DNA from: an uncultured archaeon | GTDB taxonomy: Archaea; Asgardarchaeota; Jordiarchaeia; Jordiarchaeales; Jordiarchaeaceae | Assembly (NCBI GenBank): GCA_964510585.1 | Contig: CAZECW010000184.1 | Location: 1 to 24,032 of the forward strand | DNA length: 24,032 nucleotides | Reading direction: 5' to 3' | Part shown: in pieces, positions 9,646 to 16,219 of the stretch | Position numbering within the stretch: position 1 is the first letter of the stretch | Layout: every line of letters starts with the position of its first letter | Position numbers and translations under genes: made by a program | Notes under the pieces: model-generated | What the model was told of the DNA's origin: nothing | The model's input: the letters and a program-made list of their open reading frames with translations, nothing else | Databases searched by the model: none

Positions 9646-11652
9646 TCAAGTTCTCTTAGCTAGAATCACTGCAGCCGCCACAACCGCAATCAATAGAAGA
9701 ACAGCAACCCCACCAAACATCAAATTCGAAGAAGCCTGCTGACCCGCCAACAACTGACTCAAACCAGTCAACATGAAAAGATCCAAAGGCTCAATTTCCC
9801 ACACAGTGATCCTATTCTGAGAAGCATTATAAGCAGGATCAACTTCCCCACCCTGATGAACCATAAGATAATTCACCAAGCCCAGCCACTCTGGAATAGG
9901 GGTAGATGTGCTCGTATTAACCAAAATCTGGGAAACATACTCTTTTGGATCAGTTGGTAGAGGATGCCCCTCTGAGTCCATCATTGTTACTGCGAACATG
10001 GGATACAATTTCCCTATTTCGGGAATTAGGAGCGCTCCCTCCAAGTTAATGCATACCCTGTACAGTTTGGTGTCATTTATTGGGGCGTAGGTTCCATTTT
10101 GGAAATCTTGCTCAATGCTAACTATCCTTGAGCCAGGAGGACCCAGAGTAGTATAAGTCAATCTTAGCCCTGAAATTTGCATGAAGTAGTCGCCGCCCGC
10201 ATAAACGCAAAACTCCATCGCCTTTTTAACATCACTACCAGTGAGGTAGAAACTGGTCAAAAGCCAACCATAATAAGGCCCCTGGTAAGGCACACCTCCT
10301 AAAGGCACCACACTCACCGCATCATAGAGCGTTATGTTCCCACTTGCGGGTTCCAACCCATGCCTTATGACACCGCTCGGCACAAGTGCAAAGTCCACAT
10401 AAGGATCACTGTCTGAAACATTATTGGCCTGCCACCTTATAGCATCCGCCACCAAATCTCCAATCGGAGTCTCACCACCAGGAATATAGCCTGCACCAGG
10501 AACACCAGTAGCAGTAGTAGCAATCACTGTACCAGTTGGAGGTATATCCATACCACCAAGATTAGCGTCTATTCCCAATTGATACACTGCAATTAGATCC
10601 TTCACATCTTGGTATTCTGCTGTTGTGTCGTTTATGTGTATGGGAGTCCAAGTTCTGACTGTGACTCCTTTGCCGGGAATGTTATCGGGAGTTACTGTTA
10701 TTTCTAGTTTGCCCAAATATTCGCCATAAGCCTTTGCGTCAACTATGGTTGTATTTCCCACACGTATTGGTGTTGGTGTCAACTCGTGGTCGTGGCCACT
10801 AAGTATTAAGTCGACGCCTGGAACCTGTTGCGCTAGAACCATATCTTCTTTCCATCCGCTGTGGCTGAGGCATATGATGAGGTCAACGTCTGGGTCAGAC
10901 TTTAAGTAATTTACTTGCTGTCGAGCAGTCTCTATTGGGTCTAAGATATTATAATGTCCCGTGAAGAACATTGTGGCGATTGCCCCGTAGCCTATCACCG
11001 AGAAGAGACCAATCTTCACACCGTTTACTGTCATCGTTGCGTTAGGCTTTATAAATGCCCCGAGATTGTAAACATCGTTGGTTAAATCCAAGTTGGAACA
11101 CAGTATACGTGGCATTTTTGCAAGTCCACCAAGAGTAGAATTAGTATTGTTGAGAATAAGTGATAGTCCATGGTCACTATAGTCGAATTCATGGTTCCCT
11201 AAACATAAAGCAGTATAATTCAGGAAGTCAGGACTCATTATGTGGAGTTCGGGTGAAGCTTGGATTGGACCAGCCCATGAAAAGGGTGTGCCCATGAGAA
11301 AGTCACCGACCTCAAACACTAGAACCGGTTCCTTAGCATTGTCCCTTATATCATTTATAACGGTGCCTATGCGTGCCATTCCGCCAACGGTTTTATTCTT
11401 GTAGGCGTCCGAAAGATAGTCGGCTAGGGGCCAGGGTAAGAGTTCTGAGTGTAGGTCGCTGTGGAACAGAATTGTCATATTTACCAGGCTGCTTTTGCTC
11501 TGCATTGGGCTGTTGGTCTGTGTTCCGTAGTTGTAGGCTGCTGTGAATATGCCTATATTGAGAGTGCTGGATGTTGATGTGATGATTGGAGCTGCGAGGG
11601 CTAGAATGAATAGTGTTGATACTATGAGAGCTGCAATTTTTGTTCTTTTCAT
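9646..11652 (-). CDS. Secreted, C-terminally membrane-anchored 5'-nucleotidase / calcineurin-like metallophosphoesterase
   Basis: 668 aa. It has an N-terminal signal peptide, SDLH, GDF, GNHEFD, SHSG and GHDH metal motifs, a 5'-nucleotidase C domain (GETPIGDLVADA, SGVIR, QISGL), and a C-terminal hydrophobic helix followed by KRT. Confidence 0.9.
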   Translation of the reverse strand: MKRTKIAALIVSTLFILALAAPIITSTSSTLNIGIFTAAYNYGTQTNSPMQSKSSLVNMTILFHSDLHSELLPWPLADYLSDAYKNKTVGGMARIGTVINDIRDNAKEPVLVFEVGDFLMGTPFSWAGPIQASPELHIMSPDFLNYTALCLGNHEFDYSDHGLSLILNNTNSTLGGLAKMPRILCSNLDLTNDVYNLGAFIKPNATMTVNGVKIGLFSVIGYGAIATMFFTGHYNILDPIETARQQVNYLKSDPDVDLIICLSHSGWKEDMVLAQQVPGVDLILSGHDHELTPTPIRVGNTTIVDAKAYGEYLGKLEITVTPDNIPGKGVTVRTWTPIHINDTTAEYQDVKDLIAVYQLGIDANLGGMDIPPTGTVIATTATGVPGAGYIPGGETPIGDLVADAIRWQANNVSDSDPYVDFALVPSGVIRHGLEPASGNITLYDAVSVVPLGGVPYQGPYYGWLLTSFYLTGSDVKKAMEFCVYAGGDYFMQISGLRLTYTTLGPPGSRIVSIEQDFQNGTYAPINDTKLYRVCINLEGALLIPEIGKLYPMFAVTMMDSEGHPLPTDPKEYVSQILVNTSTSTPIPEWLGLVNYLMVHQGGEVDPAYNASQNRITVWEIEPLDLFMLTGLSQLLAGQQASSNLMFGGVAVLLLIAVVAAAVILAKRT

Positions 11653-11934
11653 TTTTTCTCTCCCTTACCTTTTTTGTTGAAGTTGGGAAGGGCTCGCAGA
11701 TTAAAACAAGTAGTTTATTCAACTTTTTAAACCGAGCATATTTCATGTGTTCTTTTAGCCCTTCTCCAAGGCTTTATTATGCGTTTATTAAATATATAAA
11801 AGTTTAGTTTTCATTGTGTTGGGGATTTGGATTTATTTTGTTTCTTTCCCTTTTTTGGTTGAGGCTTCTAATTAGAGGGGTGGAGTTTTAACCGCTTCTT
11901 TTTTGAGTGGTGGGTGAACTATTCCTATGTGTTT

Positions 11935-12110
11935 TTGACACTCTCCGCGACTAAAGTCGCGGGGATTCTTGCTTCTGGCTCATCGGGAGCCTTAGGAAGC
12001 AATGGGTGTGCCATCACCCAGTTAACACGCCCTTCCCTCAAGGAAACGGCGTCTATGTTGGCACCCTCATGGGGGCTGCGTCTTGTTTAGCCTCCTTGAG
12101 CCCAAGCCAA
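11935..12110 (-). ncRNA. Putative TnpB omegaRNA (reRNA)-like scaffold within the element
   Basis: Nested stems: acgcc/ggcgt enclosing ttccct/agggaa-type, gggtg/caccc, ttgcttc/gaagcaa enclosing ggctc/gagcc, and the terminal RE hairpin. It lies at an IS605-type right end. The 5' boundary is estimated from the TATA position. Confidence 0.55.
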
Positions 12111-12130
12111 ACCCTTCAGCTACCAACAAC

Positions 12131-12140
12131 TATTTATATA
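12131..12140 (-). promoter_or_regulatory. Putative TATA box inside the element (TATATAAATA), pointing to the right end
   Basis: The motif lies about 195 nt upstream of the element right end. The equivalent site in copy 3 is TACATAAATA (18153-18162). Confidence 0.5.
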
Positions 12141-12302
12141 CCATACTTTCAAATAAACTTTCTGGAGATTCATCCCCACGACTAAAGTCGGGGGCTTTCT
12201 CGCCAAGGTTTTGTAAAGCCATCGGATAATTTTTAAAATGTGAAAAATGGGTTAAAGGTTGAATTCTTGGTTTCTTACCTAGAAAAGGGGAGAGGGTGTG
12301 TT

Positions 12303-12375
12303 GATTTGGTTAACTTTGGCTAAGTTTTGGGGATAAAACGTCACCTATTCTTTTCGGTTTTATTCCCCCCAAATC
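12303..12375 (-). promoter_or_regulatory. Structured 3'-UTR hairpin with tandem G.A (K-loop-like) core; candidate SECIS
   Basis: On the minus strand: GAUUUGG/CCAAAUC outer stem, GGGG-A-AUAAAAC/GUUUUAU-CCCC inner stem, apex C-CGA-A..9 nt..U-GA-C-G. It starts 4 nt after the stop of the TGA-containing gene. The function is inferred. Confidence 0.45.
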
Positions 12376-12379
12376 TTTT

Positions 12380-12838
12380 TTAATTTTTTAATTTTTTGAG
12401 GGTTTCCAGTATTTCTTCGGTTTTTGGTATGTCGTGCATGGAGTCGCTGTAGTAGGCGTATTTTATTGTTCCTTCCCTGTCTATTATTAGTAGTGCGGGC
12501 ATTCTTCCCAGTTTGCGTAGTATTATTTCTTGTTTTAGGAGTTTGGCGACTTTTTGGGTCTCATCATAGTATATGGGGTATTTTCTTTTGGCGTATTTTG
12601 TTTCCAGTTTTTTGGCGTTTTCAAGCTTGTCCACGGTAATGGGGTATAGTTCGGTGTTTAGTTGCTGGAACTCATTTATGTGGTTTGCTAGTCTGGCGAC
12701 GTGTCCTCTACAGTAGGGTCAGGAAATTCCTCTCAGTAAAACCAGCAAAACGTTTCTTTTCCCCTCAAAGTCTCGAATGTTGACTGTTTCCCCTCTCGAA
12801 TTAGGCAAGCTAAACTCAGGGATCCTTGTACCAACCAT
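12380..12838 (-). CDS. Peroxiredoxin-like (AhpC/TSA, thioredoxin-fold) protein with in-frame TGA; probable selenoprotein (UxxC)
   Basis: My translation from the ATG at 12838 gives MVGTRIPEFSLPNSRGETVNIRDFEGKRNVLLVLLRGIS(TGA)PYCRGHVARLA..., continuing in frame into the 84-aa ORF 12380-12634, 152 aa in total. The TGA (12719-12721, codon 40) sits at the first position of the redoxin CxxC motif. Confidence 0.88.
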
Positions 12839-12943
12839 TTGAAACTTGTCCTTCGTTCTACCACCACCTCCTCCACTAATTTAAAAAAATAGTATTTCAT
12901 ATTCATATGTTGGTTCGATATTTTTGGGCTTATGTACTTTTTA

Positions 12944-13819
12944 TTATTTTTTTAGGCCTAGGATTTCTCGTGCTTCGTCTGGGGTTGCTACTGGTCGTTG
13001 TAGTTCTTTGGCTATTCTTACCACTTTTGCTACGAGTTCGGCGTTGCTTTTTGCTAGAACGCCTTTTTCAAGGTAGATGTTGTCTTCCATGCCTACTCTT
13101 ACGTGTCCTCCGAGGAGTATGGCTCCTGTGGCCATTTCCATCTCGAATCTTCCGGGGGCGCAGACAGACCAGGTCCAGTTTTTTGGGATTTGGTCTACGC
13201 AGTAGATTAGGGTTTTGAGGTCGGGTGACATGCAGGAGAGTCCGCCGAACATTACGAATTGGATGTGTAGGGGTTCTTTTAGTGAGCCTTCGGCTACTAG
13301 CCTTTTGGCCGTGTTTATTTGTCCAGTGTCGTAGATTTCAAGTTCGGGTTTAACGTTGTTTTCATACATCCAGCCTGCCCACTTTACGATTGTGCTTACT
13401 GGGTTTCCGAAGATTACGTTTCTGAGGACTGGTAGTCCCATGTCCTCCCAGAGGTTGAGTGAGCCCATGTTTAGTGATGAGAGGTCTTGCTTGAAGGTCA
13501 TCCTCTCCTTCATTATTTCGTCCATTTTTTCTGGGTCGACTCTGCCCCCTCCAGTTGTGATGTTTATGATTAGGTCTGAGGCCTCACTCTCCCTTATTCT
13601 TTTAACGTACTCTTTTAGAACTGGGTTTGGGTCTTTTGCCGAGCCGCCTGTTTCCGGGTCTTTGGCGTGGAGATGAACCACTGAGGCACCAGCCTTCCTG
13701 CATTTTACGCATTCCTCAATAACTTCGTCAATTGTTGCGGGAACATGTGGTGTCTGGGCTCTGGAAATGAATTCTCCGCCAGTAAGGGCGGCTGTTATTA
13801 TGAGTTTCTCCCTAGCCAT
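12944..13819 (-). CDS. 3-keto-5-aminohexanoate cleavage enzyme family (BKACE / DUF849)
   Basis: KLIITAALTG, HLHAKD (Zn-binding HxH), KPELEIYD and GGHVRVGMEDN motifs. The ATG at 13819 follows a GGAGGTGG RBS (ORF track gives 13840). The specific substrate is not assignable. Confidence 0.9.
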   Translation of the reverse strand: MAREKLIITAALTGGEFISRAQTPHVPATIDEVIEECVKCRKAGASVVHLHAKDPETGGSAKDPNPVLKEYVKRIRESEASDLIINITTGGGRVDPEKMDEIMKERMTFKQDLSSLNMGSLNLWEDMGLPVLRNVIFGNPVSTIVKWAGWMYENNVKPELEIYDTGQINTAKRLVAEGSLKEPLHIQFVMFGGLSCMSPDLKTLIYCVDQIPKNWTWSVCAPGRFEMEMATGAILLGGHVRVGMEDNIYLEKGVLAKSNAELVAKVVRIAKELQRPVATPDEAREILGLKK

Positions 13820-14023
13820 AATTCCACCTCCACAATTCATTATTTTATATTATTTAATGGTTTTAGTACATTTATATTATTTCTACTCTTCAATAATTTA
13901 AAATTATTTCCTATAAAAACTCAGTTCTCATAGTTTGCTACGAAAAAGCTTTTCATACTTTATCTGAGACGCTTCCAGCGTATAGGGGTTTGCTATGAAA
14001 AAGCTTTAGCGTATGTAGGTTTT

Positions 14024-14830
14024 TTACTCTTTTTTTGGGTGTGGTTCGTCTAGGAGCGCTATTACTTCTTTGTATTGTTTTAAATTTGAGGGTATGCTTA
14101 GCTGTATTTCTTCTATGAAGTCGGCGTATTTTTGCGGGTCTAAAACGCTGTATAGGAAGTTTTTGATTTTGCGGGCGGTCTTTATTCCTTCTTGACCGCA
14201 TTTTTCAACAAGTAGTAGGAAGGCGTCGGCGGAGGAGGCTGCTACTGCGTCTTGGAACTGTTTTCCCCTGTCTGGAATCTTTTCTCTTATTTTCCATATG
14301 GATTCGAATAGTTTTAGGGCTTCCTCCATTTTTTCAATCATTTTTTCGCAGTTCATTGTGGAGGCCAAATCTATGAGTGCGATGCCCTTGCCGTAGAGGG
14401 CTAAGGCGTAGTCTGGAGCTATTTTTAAGGCTTCATCGTAACTGTTTATCGCTTCCTCGTATCTGCCCAAGTTTCCCAGGGCTAACCCCTTATTGTAGTG
14501 TGTGACAAAATTGTGGGGGTTTATGGCTAGAACTTTGTCGAAAAATGCTATGGCCTCCCCGTATTTTCCCATCCTTATGAGTAATCCGCCCTTGTTGTTT
14601 AAGGCCTCCTCATCTTTGGGATTTATTTCTAGAACCTTATCGAAACACTTCATTGCCTCTTCATGCCTGCCCAACTGGTCCAACGCTGTACCCTTGTTTG
14701 CTAGAGCCACAATGTCTTGGGGGTCAATCTCTAGAGCCTTATTGTAGAAGTCTATGGCTTCCTCAAATTTACCCTCATCCACAAGAGAATTGCCTTTGTT
14801 GACTAGGGCTTCCACCGATTCAGAATCCAT
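14024..14830 (-). CDS. Tetratricopeptide repeat protein with helical C-terminal extension
   Basis: About 4-5 consecutive 34-aa TPRs (ALxNKG...EEAI..FDKALEINP). The ATG at 14830 follows GGAGGG. Confidence 0.9.
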   Translation of the reverse strand: MDSESVEALVNKGNSLVDEGKFEEAIDFYNKALEIDPQDIVALANKGTALDQLGRHEEAMKCFDKVLEINPKDEEALNNKGGLLIRMGKYGEAIAFFDKVLAINPHNFVTHYNKGLALGNLGRYEEAINSYDEALKIAPDYALALYGKGIALIDLASTMNCEKMIEKMEEALKLFESIWKIREKIPDRGKQFQDAVAASSADAFLLLVEKCGQEGIKTARKIKNFLYSVLDPQKYADFIEEIQLSIPSNLKQYKEVIALLDEPHPKKE

Positions 14831-14966
14831 ACACAACCCTCCAACTTACCCAATGCAATTAACATTTATTAAAACCAGTATTTTATCCATAATTTTTTCC
14901 AGTTGGGGTTAAATAAGACTTTCCCAGCGCTGAACCGATTATTTATTCTTTTATGAAAAATTTTAC

Positions 14967-15746
14967 CTATTTTTGTTTAAGAATATCCCGGTACATTGTT
15001 GATTCGGGATGGATTTCCAGATTTGTCTTTTCGACGAATTCCCTGTATCCTTTATCCCCCAATATCTTTGTTAAAAGTTCTCTGATTCTCTCAACAGTTT
15101 TTGAGGCTTGTGCCCCGCAAACCTCAGCAAGATTCTGTATAACTTGAATCATGAGGTAGGGAACATCTGCCCTGAACCTCTTCACCATTTGGGGGGATAA
15201 TTTTTCCTGGCTCCATACAAGTTCTAGGGAGTCGATAACTGCGCCCACTTTTGAGATTGCTTCTTCACATTTTGAGGGTTTTGTGAAGACAAGGAGAGCA
15301 AGAGCCTTATTGAGGGAAGCTTCAGCGATTCCGGGGTTTAGGGATAATGCTTCATCAAACATTTGGGCGGCTTCCTCAAATCTGCCCATACGGAGGAGGA
15401 GATTGCCCCTATTGTAGAGGGTTTCAGCGTCCTTGGGATTAACCTCTAATGCTTTACTGTAGCATTCTAGGGCTTCCTTAAACTCTAAAAGGTTGAAAAG
15501 AACGTTACCCTTATTAGTTAAAGCTTCCCAGTCCCGAGGATTCAACTCTAAAACCCGATTAAAATAATTTAGGGCCTCCCCAAACCTGTGAAGCTCAAAG
15601 AGGGTAACACCCTTATTAAACAGAGCCTCGGAACATTTGGGACTCAAAGCTAACGCATCATCATAAAATTGGACAGCTTCTTTAAACTTCCCCAAATTAA
15701 AGAACTCGTTACCCTTGTTGACGAGCTCTCTAACCCTTGAATCCAT
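14967..15746 (-). CDS. Tetratricopeptide repeat protein, paralogue of 14024-14830
   Basis: Same MDS..V..LVNKGN start, TPR array and C-terminal region. The ATG at 15746 follows GGAGG. Confidence 0.9.
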   Translation of the reverse strand: MDSRVRELVNKGNEFFNLGKFKEAVQFYDDALALSPKCSEALFNKGVTLFELHRFGEALNYFNRVLELNPRDWEALTNKGNVLFNLLEFKEALECYSKALEVNPKDAETLYNRGNLLLRMGRFEEAAQMFDEALSLNPGIAEASLNKALALLVFTKPSKCEEAISKVGAVIDSLELVWSQEKLSPQMVKRFRADVPYLMIQVIQNLAEVCGAQASKTVERIRELLTKILGDKGYREFVEKTNLEIHPESTMYRDILKQK

Positions 15747-15884
15747 ACATGTGTCGCCTCCAACACAAAAACCAATCGGCACCTTTTACACTGAGTCTCC
15801 TAATAAAAAACAGCGGGCACCATCTTCTAAATCATCCCCAAAAATAGCCCCATAAACGTTCACATTCCCGTCATAAATAGGTGC

Positions 15885-15984
15885 GAACTATATTAAACCC
15901 TCTTCTACAAGTTTTGTATAATTAGCTGTTGCAGGAACTATATTAAACCCTCTTCTACAAGTTTTGTATAATTAGCTGTTGCAG
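15885..15984. repeat. Perfect tandem duplication, 2 x 50 bp
   Basis: gaactatattaaaccctcttctacaagttttgtataattagctgttgcag occurs at 15885-15934 and 15935-15984 with no spacer. Confidence 0.97.
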
Positions 15985-16219
15985 CTAGAAACTATTAAAT
16001 TTGACCCTGATTGCTGAAAGTTAAATATTTCATCTATTTTGATTGATCTCCCTCAGAATGGAAGAAAACGCCGAGAAACATTTCAGACAGAGAGAAATAA
16101 ATAGCGTATTGGCTTTATGGACTGTGTGTTTTCTTAGTTAATTTTAAATAAAAAGTGTGTTTTAGACTGTTTAAAGGTTTGACCTTTTTATTTTAGAATG
16201 GGAAGAGAGAGGATCAATA

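Larger units (their letters stand above)
11935..12212 (-). mobile_element. Non-autonomous IS200/IS605-family element (copy 2, complete, 278 bp)
   Basis: On the minus strand it reads TTTAC|aaaaccttggcgagAAAG + hairpin cccccgactttagtcgtgggg ... GAAT + hairpin ccgcgactttagtcgcgg + agagtgTCAA. There is no ORF, no terminal inverted repeats and no target duplication. It is near-identical to 18080-18359. Confidence 0.92.

Noticed and set aside
11660-12300. Canonical eukaryote-like SECIS (AUGA...AAA...GA) further downstream of the selenoprotein
   Set aside because: Several AUGA words occur on the minus strand, including inside the element, but none is followed by a pairable 10-12 bp helix II when checked by eye.
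12670-12718. Bacterial-type SECIS immediately 3' of the UGA
   Set aside because: Only 3-4 bp stems are possible, with no convincing stem-loop at the expected spacing.
15885-15984. Possible CRISPR array
   Set aside because: There are only two abutting 50-bp units with no spacer, and no cas genes or leader in the window.
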